This document shows, piece by piece, positions 30,041 to 40,550 of a stretch of DNA of 64,000 nt. The DNA is from a virus: the IMG/VR virus record IMGVR_UViG_3300033508_000214, positions 1-64,000 of that record; one strand, written 5' to 3'. The notes below the pieces were generated by a model. It did not search any database, was not told where the DNA came from, and saw only the letters and a list, made by a program, of their open reading frames with translations. Numbering within the stretch: the stretch's first letter is position 1; every line of letters starts with the position of its first letter. The position numbers were made by a program, and so were the translations under genes.

Positions 30041-30613
30041 TTAACTATAGTTAGCTGCATACTGATCAAGCACGCGCTTGATATGCGATGGAAGGTTAGT
30101 AGTAGTTACGTACTGAATCTGTATATCGTTAGTACCGGGTGCTTTATTACTATGAATTGCCATATCATTTTTAATGTAGTAGGTAATTAGATCAAGTACT
30201 GCTAATTTTAAATCTTCAGGAACTACTAAAAATCCTGCTTTATACGTTAGTTTGTAACCATTTATTGCTACTGGAAATCCATCGTACCATGTAGACACAA
30301 TATTATTACTAAATTTAGATAAAGCATAATCATCATATTCTACTAAGGTGGTATACGTTTTTCCATAGTCCTCTGAGTATTCTAGTGATACAATAGAAAG
30401 TACTGGGTATTCTTCTGGAACTATAATAGTAGAGCCACCCTCATGAAACTCTATTTTTGCGTCAATTGCATAATCTATAAAAGTTCTACGACAAAATGTT
30501 TTTACTAACTCGCTAACTTTAGGTATAATTAGGTCAATAAGTGAATCTTGAGTTGGACTATTTAACCCTAGATACTGCTTATACTCTGTTTTTGTTACTA
30601 GTGAGAGTCCCAT
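30041..30613 (-). CDS. Head completion/adaptor protein (T5 p144-like)
   Basis: 190 aa; EYKQYLG..YKAGF..PEDLKLAVLDL..LPSHIKRVLDQY. Confidence 0.8.
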   Translation of the reverse strand: MGLSLVTKTEYKQYLGLNSPTQDSLIDLIIPKVSELVKTFCRRTFIDYAIDAKIEFHEGGSTIIVPEEYPVLSIVSLEYSEDYGKTYTTLVEYDDYALSKFSNNIVSTWYDGFPVAINGYKLTYKAGFLVVPEDLKLAVLDLITYYIKNDMAIHSNKAPGTNDIQIQYVTTTNLPSHIKRVLDQYAANYS

Positions 30614-30615
30614 GG

Positions 30616-31552
30616 TTATTCCTTATTAGGTGCTAGGGTCCGGCCCTTATGCGCAGGTGTCTTACCTGCAAATAATCTTCCTAAGCAACTATGGCTTAGG
30701 TTATGCTCTCTGCAAAATGCTCTAACACAGGTAACTGTATAAACTAGGCCTTCAGGAGATATAATACTAGGTAAAACTAGGCCTTTAGTTTCTGCTGTAT
30801 TAGAGTTAAACACTCTGGTACCTTTAATACTAAGCATATGTTGATACTTTTCTTTATCATACTCACTAAGCCATTTATGTGTACTACCTTTAGAGATACT
30901 CTTAACTACCCACCTAATTCACTTTTGTTACTTGAGCCACTTTAGTAAGTGGTACTATAGGGTTACTAATAATATATTCTAATACACTTATTATGCTATC
31001 ATTAGAGAACTTAGAACTACGGTTATTCTCACCTAAATTACGTGAATTTTTCAGGCTAGCTAACTGCAAGTACCTATCTGGGTACTCATCTGCTAACCAC
31101 CTATGCATACTTCCTTCCAGTATTTTAGCTATTACATGCTCAGAAACCACTGTTAGTTCCGATATTTCATTATAGCGTAGTTTAGGGTAGTCTATTAAAT
31201 AGTTGAACGCTTCTAATACTTGTGCATTGCTAAATTTAGATAATCCATTTAATTCCCCACATTGGGGTATATATTCTCCTGCTTTATATGCGCTATTAAA
31301 GCCATTATCTACTGCATCCCATATTTCTATAGTTTCGTTTTCAAAATCATTTAGTTCTTCTATAGAACATTCACATAGTACCTCTAATGTAGGGTTACCA
31401 TACTCTATATAGGCTGCCCGCATTTTTCTAGCATGGGTACGGGATTTAAATAAAGCTAAATGATCATCTAACCGTTTCTCTATTCTGCGGCTCTGCCCTA
31501 TATAAACTTTATCTGTACCAGTAAAGTTTAATTTATAAATTCCTACTGTCAT
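30616..31552 (-). pseudogene. Frameshifted GIY-YIG homing endonuclease
   Basis: 212-aa GIY-YIG ORF stops at 30914; homology to 27117..28061 resumes one frame over (VVKSISKGSTHKWLSEY..ISPEG..HKG). Confidence 0.8.
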
Positions 31553-31626
31553 TTTATTTTCTCCTAGTGAAAGAAAAGGCTAGGTAATATCACTAGTATT
31601 ACCAGGGCAGCTAAACCCATTCGCCT
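31553..31626 (-). ncRNA. Conserved structured 5' leader (copy B) of GIY-YIG gene
   Basis: AGGCG..GGG/CCC, GGUAAUA/UAUUACC stem; loop CUAGUGA complementary to UCACUAG at the SD. Confidence 0.7.
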
Positions 31627-31714
31627 ATATTTATCTTTAGTAAGAACTCATTAAGCTCTTACTAAAGACAGGACTACTTAAAGTCCAGTCTTATTAGTTA
31701 ATTAGCTATGCTAA

Positions 31715-33658
31715 TTATACTAGCCACCTAAACACTGATACGCCATGCCCAAGATTACTTGTTAGTTGCGTCATACCTGTACGTAGGGAAGCAACTAAAA
31801 CCTTACGTTGAGTTTCAACTAGGTCTTGTTGATCAAAACGCAAACCACGTTGGTTACCAACGATAAAGTTACCAGACACTAGAGCAATAGCTCCAACGTT
31901 AGCAGTATTACCACCAGTATTAACACCTGCTGTCTTAGCAGGAAGTTCTGCTGAAACAATTACTGGGCTTCCACCAACCATACCAATTTGACCATTAACG
32001 ATAGTGGCTTTAGGACCAACTTTATCCATAGTTTGGAAAGTGGTATCTTCTAGCAAGTCGTAGTAGAATTCAGTGTTAACGATGAAAGTAACATCGTTAG
32101 GGTCAAGACCCCAAGCACCTAGATCTTTACGCAGTGAACGTAGAAGAGCGATTGTACCGGCATTAGCAACTTGAGCAGTTACAGCAGATACGTCATCATA
32201 CTTAGCAAGACCTTTAACTGGGTCAGCGCCTGAACCAGCACCTAGCAAGTAAGCTTTGTCTACAGACTTAGCAACACGACGAACCATAGCGTCACGAACG
32301 ATAGGCATTAATGCAATCAGAGAATCTTCTTCTTCTTCATACATCATATACTCGTTAGTAGCTAGTTTGTATGAGTTAAGAGTAATTTCACTTAAACGAT
32401 GGGTTTGGCTAGCACCAGCGGATGCAGTAGTACCGAACTGAGCGTTAGTAATCCAAGTACCATAACCAGCTTCTGGGTTCAGAGGCATAGTCATTACGTT
32501 GGTTTGCATAGTAATGTTGCGCATTAAAGGAGCAACAACTAGCTTACGACGTACTTCAGATTCCATGTTTAGAGAAACTTCAAGTTCCCAAGTGGTAGAC
32601 GCTTGGTGAGAAGGATCTTTTCCACCAACGCTAGCTTTAGTAGCTAGTTCTTTACCAAACTTAGTGGCTTCGATAGCCTTGCCCGAAAACTTAGAAAGCA
32701 ATACAGCTTTTTCCTTATCTTCATAGCTAATGTCAGCCTTAGTATCAGCAAAGCTCATTTTAGATTTTTGCATAGCTACGATTTCAGCAGCTTTTTCAGC
32801 TAGAGCTGTTTCCAAACCACTAATAGCGCTCTTGGTGCTTTCGGTTTGTTCAGCCATGCGCTTTTCGATATCAGCGATTAGACGCTCGGCGCCAGTAGTT
32901 GAGGTTGCTAGAGCAGCCTTAACACGTGCATCCATATCAGCAGCAGCTTTTTCAGCAGCTTCTTTCTCGGCCTTCTCAGCGGCTTGAGCAGCTAGAAGAG
33001 ATTTAGTAGCTTGTTCAGCGGCAGACTTAGCAGCATTATCAAGCATAATTTGTAGTTCTTTTGGATCCATATTCCATTCCTTTTTGTGTGTGCTCGTTTT
33101 ATCCGTTAAGGATTCTAGCCCTTTAGCTGAGTCGCCTTTAGGTGTAAATTGAGCTTTGAAACTATTATAATCTTCGGCACTAGAAAATGCTTTAGAAAGG
33201 TTAAACAGTGTATTTTGATTCATAGGTACTGAAACTACAGAAATTTCTACTAGTTCTAGCTTCTTAATCAAAAACACTTCTGCGGCTGCATTATACTCGG
33301 CATCTAGAATTCTAAACCCGATACTGAAGGCTGTTAGGACTTCATCTTTAATTAGATTAAAAATTTCGGCAGCCGCTGAAATTCTTGCTTTTACCCAAAG
33401 TCCTGTAGCGTCTATCTTATGCTCGATCATACGACCTATAGGATCATCGTGATCGTGTTGTGCTAGAATAATAGGGTTTTTAAGATAGTTTTTAATACCA
33501 TCTTCCCATACACTTGCAGGTACTACATCACCACCTCTATCGATGTCTACGGTACTAGCGTATCCTTCAATATATATAGATTTTATAGCATCTTCTACCT
33601 TGGGAAGCTCTTTGGTAAAAGCACTACTTATATAAAGTACTTTATTTTTATCTACCAT
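31715..33658 (-). CDS. Fused HK97-type prohead protease + major capsid protein
   Basis: N-terminal IEGYAS..HDHDDPIG..FSIGF..EISVVSVPMN protease; coiled-coil scaffold; HK97 capsid body; probable internal start at 33070. Confidence 0.9.
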   Translation of the reverse strand: MVDKNKVLYISSAFTKELPKVEDAIKSIYIEGYASTVDIDRGGDVVPASVWEDGIKNYLKNPIILAQHDHDDPIGRMIEHKIDATGLWVKARISAAAEIFNLIKDEVLTAFSIGFRILDAEYNAAAEVFLIKKLELVEISVVSVPMNQNTLFNLSKAFSSAEDYNSFKAQFTPKGDSAKGLESLTDKTSTHKKEWNMDPKELQIMLDNAAKSAAEQATKSLLAAQAAEKAEKEAAEKAAADMDARVKAALATSTTGAERLIADIEKRMAEQTESTKSAISGLETALAEKAAEIVAMQKSKMSFADTKADISYEDKEKAVLLSKFSGKAIEATKFGKELATKASVGGKDPSHQASTTWELEVSLNMESEVRRKLVVAPLMRNITMQTNVMTMPLNPEAGYGTWITNAQFGTTASAGASQTHRLSEITLNSYKLATNEYMMYEEEEDSLIALMPIVRDAMVRRVAKSVDKAYLLGAGSGADPVKGLAKYDDVSAVTAQVANAGTIALLRSLRKDLGAWGLDPNDVTFIVNTEFYYDLLEDTTFQTMDKVGPKATIVNGQIGMVGGSPVIVSAELPAKTAGVNTGGNTANVGAIALVSGNFIVGNQRGLRFDQQDLVETQRKVLVASLRTGMTQLTSNLGHGVSVFRWLV

Positions 33659-33666
33659 GATACTCC

Positions 33667-34857
33667 TTATGGTGGTTTAGGTGCGTCCGGTTTTTTAGGC
33701 GCTCCTCCTACGCTAGAATCTGCTGCTGACCCTGCAATATTAGCAGGAATTCTGATTTCATCAGCTCCAGGTAGCTTAGGATAACGCAGTTCTTCTCTAG
33801 CCTCGTTAGGGGTTAAAATTCCTGCATTAACTAATGTAGAATGATACGAGGCAATATCTTTTAGTTCTGGCTGAAGCGCAGAAACATCAGTAGTTATAGG
33901 ACCTATATCATATCCGAAAAATCTTTCCATTGCTGATACGTACTTCTTAACAATAGGCATTACTGTTTCTAAGTAAAATAGTCTAAGATTAGGGGATATA
34001 TTAGCATTATTACCACCATCTAATAAGATTGGTGGTATTCCAATTGCTTTGAGAATCTTAGTATCATGGGTTTTGATACTAACATCAAAGTCTAACTCTT
34101 GGAATGTTGAACTAGCCATAGGACTTGGTTTAAGCCCGCTATCTAGGATCATTGGGCGTCTAGCCCCGTTTTTTGGGCTGTATTTAACAGACCATTCAGC
34201 AATTGTTTTGTCTTTAGCAACCTTACTAAGAGTATTTTCAGTAGTTAGGATAAGTCCTGCAACGGCTCCATTTTCAAAAAATTGATTTTGAAAGGCTATC
34301 ATTTTGGATAGGGTTCTAATACTATTGTCAGCTGCTGCTAACCTACTAGAACCCCTATAAATTGAGTGACTGCTAATATCTCTAATATGTATTACTTCGT
34401 TAGGCGACATTTCTACTGTGCCGTTATACGTGTAGCTTGATACTAATGTTTTTGTATCAGTTATAATCTGTACATTAGAAGCAGGTAGATGATATAAGAA
34501 TACCCCATCATAGTATATAAAGATATTACCTTCTAAGATAAAATCTGTAAATATACTGGATCTAAAATCTTGGACTGATTGATATGGATTAGGACGATAG
34601 TTTAGCAATTGTTGTAGGTTTCTAACTCTTACACCTGCTACAATTCCGTCAATTACTTTGTCTCTAATATCATAGTCTAAAGAGGAACAAGCATTAACTA
34701 ATAAATTTACGCCTCTATTTACCGATTCTAGCCTATCAAATGCTGTAGTATAGCTAACGTTACTAGTAGACCCTATGTTGGCCCCTTCAGCGTAGCTAAT
34801 ATATTCTTGAGCTGGATTACTTTTAGTAAACCAGTCTTTTGGATTATACCATGCCAT
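33667..34857 (-). CDS. Portal protein (HK97/T5 pb7-like)
   Basis: 396 aa; LLNYRPNPYQ..GNIF..EVIHIR..FFENGA..GILTPNEAREEL. Confidence 0.95.
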   Translation of the reverse strand: MAWYNPKDWFTKSNPAQEYISYAEGANIGSTSNVSYTTAFDRLESVNRGVNLLVNACSSLDYDIRDKVIDGIVAGVRVRNLQQLLNYRPNPYQSVQDFRSSIFTDFILEGNIFIYYDGVFLYHLPASNVQIITDTKTLVSSYTYNGTVEMSPNEVIHIRDISSHSIYRGSSRLAAADNSIRTLSKMIAFQNQFFENGAVAGLILTTENTLSKVAKDKTIAEWSVKYSPKNGARRPMILDSGLKPSPMASSTFQELDFDVSIKTHDTKILKAIGIPPILLDGGNNANISPNLRLFYLETVMPIVKKYVSAMERFFGYDIGPITTDVSALQPELKDIASYHSTLVNAGILTPNEAREELRYPKLPGADEIRIPANIAGSAADSSVGGAPKKPDAPKPP

Positions 34858-34865
34858 AATCTTCC

Positions 34866-35312
34866 TTAATAAAATTTAGCAAAGGCCCCTAATCCAGTAT
34901 TCTTAGTTTCTGCAGTAGGTGCGTCAAAGGTTTTACCTTCTGCTTTAGCTTTCTGTATTTCTATCCACCGCTCTTGCTTTAGTACCGAACTATGTAAAGG
35001 AGACTTTCCAAAGACTGAATGTAACTTCACATGGTGATTATTACATAAAGTATATACTAAGTCGTAGATCTCATGATTATGTTCTTCAATGAATTCATCT
35101 CTAACTGCTAGTATACCCTCATCTGTGGATATATCATACTTCTTTTTTGTAGACCAGTCTTCTAAAAGACGAGTAAGGGAATGTAGGTGATGTAATTCTA
35201 GATCTTCAGTAGTACCACATATGTAGCAGGTTTCTTTCTTTTCATACAACGATTTACAGCGATCACGTATCCACTTGATTGCAATACGGTTGTTATTAGT
35301 ATTTTTTGCCAT
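34866..35312 (-). CDS. HNH nicking endonuclease (T5-like, packaging-linked)
   Basis: CYICG..LELHH..TLCNNHHVKLH; syntenic between TerL and portal as in T5. Confidence 0.8.
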   Translation of the reverse strand: MAKNTNNNRIAIKWIRDRCKSLYEKKETCYICGTTEDLELHHLHSLTRLLEDWSTKKKYDISTDEGILAVRDEFIEEHNHEIYDLVYTLCNNHHVKLHSVFGKSPLHSSVLKQERWIEIQKAKAEGKTFDAPTAETKNTGLGAFAKFY

Positions 35313-35343
35313 AATTTTCTTGGATCTATAATTTACAGCTGTA

Positions 35344-35438
35344 ATTATACTACTTTAGGTAAAAGAAGTCAAGGTATATTTTTTTGATGCGGCTCAGTAA
35401 AAATACATCTTTACATTATGATTATAAAATTGTATAAT
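35344..35438. promoter_or_regulatory. Divergent sigma70 promoters
   Basis: Minus TTGACT-N17-TATAAT (35372-35344) and plus TTTACA-N17-TATAAT (35410-35438). Confidence 0.7.
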
Positions 35439-35465
35439 AATACATACTTTTAAAAAGGAGACCTT

Positions 35466-37085
35466 ATGAACTCGGAAAAAACAAATAAGATTATTGACTT
35501 ATGTGAAGAAGGTACTACGGCAGTTACAGAATATAAAACTTCTAAAGGTAAAATGATTCTTAAATGTAAAAATGGGCATTTAAGAGAGATAACACCAGAA
35601 AAACTAGTCGCTAGGGGTGACAAACGTAAATGTAAAGAATGTGATACCTATAGGGCTGCTAGTAGGAAAACTACTGAAGAATTTGCACAACAATGTTTAG
35701 ACAAAGGTCTAACTTTATTAGAAGATTATGTGGATAATAATACTAGATTATTAATACACAATAATACGTGTGGGCATGAGTATACAATAAATCCTAATAG
35801 CTTAGTAACTAAAGGTAGTGGCTCTATATGTAGAGTATGTAATCCTGTAATAAGTAAAAAGCAAGACGAAGTACTAAATACTCTAAAAACCAAGTATTCC
35901 TTAGTTCCTACTGAAGAATACTTGGGTGTAAGGTATAAGACTATGATTACAAATACTGTATGTAATCATAGTTATTTAGTAGACATATCTAGTATTATTT
36001 ATAAAGATACGGGGTATATTTGCCCTGTATGTGGTATTAGCAAAAACCTACTATCTAAAGAAGAAGTATCAGATAAGCTGGCAGTATTTAATTTAACTCC
36101 CTTAGAAGAGTATAAAGGAGTTAGATATCCTTTATTAGTTAGAAATAATATATGTGGACACGAGTACTACTCTGACCCTAATAACTTATTTTACAAGAGT
36201 TTGCCTCATGTATGCAAGGTTTGTCATCCAAATGTATCTGCGGAAGAACAGTCTCTAAGAGATTTTATTTCTAGTATTTATAAAGATTGGGCTATTTATG
36301 GTGATAGAATTATGCTGGAAGGTAAAGAGTTAGATATTATTCTTCCTGATATAGGGCTAGCTTTTGAGTATAATGGAGATTATTGGCATAGAGAAACTGA
36401 GATTAGGGATAAACATTATCATTTAAATAAACTTATTGCCGTGGAATTATATGAATATCAGCTAATACATATTAAAGGATTACTATGGAATACAAAACCT
36501 AGTATAGTTAAATCTAGGATTAAAAGTATACTAGGTATTTTTGATACAAGAATATACGCTAGAAATACTATAGTAAAACAGCTAGATTATTTTCCTAGAG
36601 AATTCCTAGATAATAATCATTTACAGGGTGCTGGCTCCCCTACTGGAATAAACTTTGGACTATATATTGAGGAGCAGCTAGTTGCCTGTATGACTTTCGC
36701 TAAACCTAGATTTTCTAAAGAATATACATATGAGCTTATACGCTTCTGTTCTTTATTAAATTATTCTATAGTAGGCGGGGCGTCTAAGTTATTAAAAGCA
36801 TTTAGAAAATCCTACTCAGGTAGCATTATCTCTTACGCTGACAGGTCGTGGAGTAAGGGTAAACTATATAGTAATTTAGGATTTACTTTTGTAAAGTACA
36901 CAGAACCAAATTATACGTATGTAAAAGGGCAGAAAGTACTTAGTAGGTACCAGTGTCAGAAACATTTGCTAAGAGAAATGTTTCCTGGTACTTATGAGGA
37001 TGAATTAACTGAAAAGGAAATTATGTCTAAAAATGGGTTTATTTGTTTGTATGATTGCGGTAGTAGTGTATGGGCACTTACATAA
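35466..37085 (+). CDS. Hef-like homing endonuclease (Zn-ribbon repeats, PD-(D/E)xK-like nuclease, GNAT-like C-terminus)
   Basis: Four CxH..CxxC repeats; ELDI..AFEYNGDYWH; C-terminal NHLQG..YELIRFC..GGASKL..SYADRSWS..LGF; antisense to the late operon. Confidence 0.75.
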   Translation: MNSEKTNKIIDLCEEGTTAVTEYKTSKGKMILKCKNGHLREITPEKLVARGDKRKCKECDTYRAASRKTTEEFAQQCLDKGLTLLEDYVDNNTRLLIHNNTCGHEYTINPNSLVTKGSGSICRVCNPVISKKQDEVLNTLKTKYSLVPTEEYLGVRYKTMITNTVCNHSYLVDISSIIYKDTGYICPVCGISKNLLSKEEVSDKLAVFNLTPLEEYKGVRYPLLVRNNICGHEYYSDPNNLFYKSLPHVCKVCHPNVSAEEQSLRDFISSIYKDWAIYGDRIMLEGKELDIILPDIGLAFEYNGDYWHRETEIRDKHYHLNKLIAVELYEYQLIHIKGLLWNTKPSIVKSRIKSILGIFDTRIYARNTIVKQLDYFPREFLDNNHLQGAGSPTGINFGLYIEEQLVACMTFAKPRFSKEYTYELIRFCSLLNYSIVGGASKLLKAFRKSYSGSIISYADRSWSKGKLYSNLGFTFVKYTEPNYTYVKGQKVLSRYQCQKHLLREMFPGTYEDELTEKEIMSKNGFICLYDCGSSVWALT

Positions 37086-38397
37086 CAAAAGAGTAACAAG
37101 CATACCGTAATGCATCTGCTATGTGGGAATGCTCATCGTGTTGTGGTTTTTCTATACCACTAACTGCGTCTGTCTTCCACCTATATTGATCTAGCATAGC
37201 GAGCGTGTTTGTGCAGTTTGGCGACACTAGTAGTCTTCCCTGACCAATTAAGGTCTGCACGTAAGCTATGCCCTCTAGTACTTGTTTGCGTGCTTTTAGG
37301 GTCGAGATATTATAGCTATAAGCCAAATCAGCAGCTGTCTGCGCTGCTGCACTATCAATAAAGATGCTCTCTATTCCGAACTCTTCAACAAAGCTTTTAA
37401 ATGCAGTAGCATGTTGCTCAGTAGTTCTATTTGCTTCTACGTATTCAGCACAAACGTGAAACTTATCATCATAAAACGCTATAACTATAAAAGCAGTTGA
37501 GTCTTTAAAGCCGGGATCTAATCCAGCTATGTACTCTGCTCCAGCAACATGTGTATAAGGATTAACATACTCAGCACTAAAGTCGCTATAAATCTGACCC
37601 TCGAATGTAGTAAATGATGCCATGTACTCCTGTGCAAACTCTGCTTTAGACATCGACCGACGCGCTTCTGCTACGTCAACTTCCTTCATCCGTTTGTTCT
37701 CTGTATAGTCAGCAGTTATTGACGCCCACTGAGGAAATTGAGAGCTGAAGCCGCGTTGAAAGAACTTACTAAACCAGTTATTCTTGCCTCGTGGCGTACT
37801 AATAAATATAGCTTTCGAATTAGGTGTATCAAGCGTAGGTCGTAGAGAAACATTAAACGCTTCTTCTGCGTCTGCCCCTAAAGCAGCTTCATCAAAAATG
37901 ATACAAGAATACGAGCGTCCTACGCACGAATCAACTGTTGATAATGACCCCATTCTAATAGAAGAGCCATTAGACAGTTCAATCACTCTATCTTTAGCAT
38001 TGTCCCTATCAACTTCAAGATCAAATGCCTTAATTAACTTACGTTGTATTTCAAAAGAAATTGACGACAGATTATAGTTAGGCGACATAATTAATATATG
38101 GCAGTTAGGTACTAAAGCTACTAACTGTCCTACAATATTAGATATATACGTCTTACCTAAACGTCGTGCAAGAGCAGCACATACAAACCTATACTTAGGA
38201 TTGTTTATTGCGTTGATAAGAGCAATTTGAGGAGCATTAATTTGTTCCCATGCAGTTGACTTTCTGTCGTCAATAGGATCTCTAGCAGGCAGTAATTTCA
38301 AGTAATTAATAATAGGCAACTTTATGAATCTGCTGTGAGCAGGAAACTCCGTTATAGAAGTGCTAGAAATATCCTCCCTAGAAATATTAAGCATCAA
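37078..38397 (-). CDS. terL: Terminase large subunit
   Basis: 439 aa; Walker A ARRLGKT, Walker B IIFDEAA, motif III ISTPRG, nuclease GLDPG..HIADALRY. Confidence 0.95.
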   Translation of the reverse strand: MMLNISREDISSTSITEFPAHSRFIKLPIINYLKLLPARDPIDDRKSTAWEQINAPQIALINAINNPKYRFVCAALARRLGKTYISNIVGQLVALVPNCHILIMSPNYNLSSISFEIQRKLIKAFDLEVDRDNAKDRVIELSNGSSIRMGSLSTVDSCVGRSYSCIIFDEAALGADAEEAFNVSLRPTLDTPNSKAIFISTPRGKNNWFSKFFQRGFSSQFPQWASITADYTENKRMKEVDVAEARRSMSKAEFAQEYMASFTTFEGQIYSDFSAEYVNPYTHVAGAEYIAGLDPGFKDSTAFIVIAFYDDKFHVCAEYVEANRTTEQHATAFKSFVEEFGIESIFIDSAAAQTAADLAYSYNISTLKARKQVLEGIAYVQTLIGQGRLLVSPNCTNTLAMLDQYRWKTDAVSGIEKPQHDEHSHIADALRYACYSFVM

Positions 38398-38875
38398 TAG
38401 TCCCTTTAATTAACTGCTCTATTAAACTAGAATACTTACTATTACCAGCATTATCATTGATTTGCACGTTAACTTGATTTTTAAGACTATTAGCAGTACG
38501 TATTTTTTCTAGAGCAATTTCCTTATCTAGAAGCTCGATGGTCATCTTATGGGATAAAGCTAGAATCTCTGTAATGTCTTTAGTGGAACCTGTATCCGAT
38601 TCATCCATTTCCTGTAGCTTTTTCTTGATAATAGTATCCATTAGATCTCTCATCTGGAACCTATTATTAAATCCTAGGCTAAAAAATACGTTGTTAATGT
38701 ACGCACGTACTTCTTTTCGGTCTAGAATATCTGATACTAGTTCTTTAGGTATGTCTAGATCTTCGGCTACTTTTGCTAGATCTGGGTTTTGAAGATACGC
38801 ATTGGCTACTTGAAGCGCTTCTGGACTAATAGCAATATATTCTGCTGGAGTATTTACTGGTAAATTATCGCTCAT
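38387..38875 (-). CDS. terS: Terminase small subunit (T5-like)
   Basis: 162 aa upstream of and overlapping TerL; ISPEAL.VANAYL N-terminal HTH. Confidence 0.8.
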   Translation of the reverse strand: MSDNLPVNTPAEYIAISPEALQVANAYLQNPDLAKVAEDLDIPKELVSDILDRKEVRAYINNVFFSLGFNNRFQMRDLMDTIIKKKLQEMDESDTGSTKDITEILALSHKMTIELLDKEIALEKIRTANSLKNQVNVQINDNAGNSKYSSLIEQLIKGTIDA

Positions 38876-38904
38876 GTTATACCTTTATTTTGATTATTTT
38901 CTCT

Positions 38905-38933
38905 ATTATAGCATGGGGGGTTGGGGTTGTCAA
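38905..38933 (-). promoter_or_regulatory. Consensus sigma70 promoter heading the late operon
   Basis: Minus strand TTGACA-N17-TATAAT. Confidence 0.8.
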
Positions 38934-39164
38934 TGACTAAAATTTTTTAGCTTATGGGCGATTTGTGCGTACATTTAGATTTGTGTGCTTATAGCGATTT
39001 GTGTACTTTATTCATTTGCTACACTTAGGGTCTTTTTGCTACGCTTTATTCATTTACTACACTTAGGGCATATAAGGCACCGAAAAAGCTGGTGTAGAAA
39101 TTTTAAAAAGGCCGCGTGAGATTGGGCGGCCGTATGCGAAGCGAAGCGGGGTCTGAAAACCGCC

Positions 39165-39500
39165 CCATTTTGGTGCATAGTTCTACTCAATGCAAGGGTA
39201 TGGTGCGCACAGTCCTGGTGTGTGCCCCGGCCTGGTGCGAATGTGCTAACTTGGTGCGATTATTTTGGTGCATTGCACTGATCTGGTGCATAGCTTTTTT
39301 CAATGCTACACTTCGGTGCGATTATTTTGGTGCATTGCACTGATCTGGTGCATAGCTTTTTTCAATGCTACACTTCGGTGCATAGGTTTTTTCAATGGGC
39401 TAAGATGGTGCAGTACGCACTGACCTGGTGCGCACAGTCCTGGTGCATAAAATATATAAGCACGCACTTAATTGGTGCTTGCACTAAATTGGTGCATAAG
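39165..39500. repeat. TGGTGC-rich repeat field with a 62-bp tandem duplication
   Basis: 62-bp unit at 39253 and 39315; many same-orientation (T)GGTGC words. Confidence 0.85.
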
Positions 39501-39843
39501 TAGCACTGCGCAAACTGTTGCGTCAAAACAACATAGGGCTAGAAGGGCTTAGAATGGCTATTTCAGCGTTTTTTTGGCTTGGGTGTAGGGTAGCCTTGGG
39601 ATGCTTGCGTTTGGCCTGTATAGCCCCTTTTGAAGGGTTTCCCTATGGGCTGACATCGGGTTATTTATAGCATCTAACGCACCGATTAGAAGCGTGAAGC
39701 GTGAAGTGTTGTATTTTTGCAACAGTAAAAAATTTTTGAATTATTTTCGTTTGTGGTGTCCAAACAACACTTTTGCCCATATAATTACCCCAAGGGAAAA
39801 ACAAGATGCTACAAAAATTGTAGCATCATTTTTGGAGTATATT

Positions 39844-40098
39844 ATGGCAGTTTCTTCTAAACTTGAGTTTGTTCAAAGTTTCACCGGGTTTCTGCCTGGT
39901 GAGTTTAAGGGGGCGTTTTTATTTACAGTTATTGACTGCGGAAAGCAGTCAATAACTGTCGCACTGCCTAACGCAAAATGGGCAGACTTGCAGGTAACCC
40001 TGAATGGGTTACTTATTAATCTCACAGGTGAGTATCCCCCTCAGATTAATAGGGCAATTAAGTTTGCCCGGAAACTATTCCCACACTGGCAGGGATAA
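39844..40098 (+). CDS. Hypothetical pre-early protein
   Basis: RBS GGAGT before ATG 39844 (MAVSSKLEF). Confidence 0.65.
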   Translation: MAVSSKLEFVQSFTGFLPGEFKGAFLFTVIDCGKQSITVALPNAKWADLQVTLNGLLINLTGEYPPQINRAIKFARKLFPHWQG

Positions 40099-40184
40099 TA
40101 CTCTGCCAGTCAACCCGGATGTTATCCGGGTTGAAAATATAATATATCTTGCAAGATATATTATATTTTCAACTGGAGTATATT

Positions 40185-40319
40185 ATGTTTTCAATTGTTC
40201 GCGTTGACCAGTTTGGTTTTATTAATTTTGCCGTCCATCTGGATGGCGTGGAGCTGGTTCGATTTGAAAAATACGGCTTGGCTGTGGATTTCATCCGCGC
40301 TATGGATGATATAGGATAA
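40185..40319 (+). CDS. Small hypothetical protein (44 aa)
   Basis: RBS aactggagtatattATG; MFSIVRVDQFGFINF...; flanked by hairpins. Confidence 0.5.
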   Translation: MFSIVRVDQFGFINFAVHLDGVELVRFEKYGLAVDFIRAMDDIG

Positions 40320-40550
40320 TATATAACCCTGCCAGATATTATCTGGCAGGGTTAAAATTTAAAGTAGCGGTCGATGCTTTAAATTTTAACTGGAGTATAT
40401 TATGTTGACTATTATTGCCATCGGGTTTGGTTTACAGATTTTCGGAATGTGCGTTATTTATTTATGCGTTAAAATGCGCTAATAAATAATAATAATAATA
40501 ACCCTTAGAAACCTGATCAGGCAATACCTGATCAGGTTTTCTTTTTTGTA

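Noticed and set aside
39116-39503. Cys/Trp-rich ORFs
   Set aside because: They are translations of the TGGTGC repeat field.
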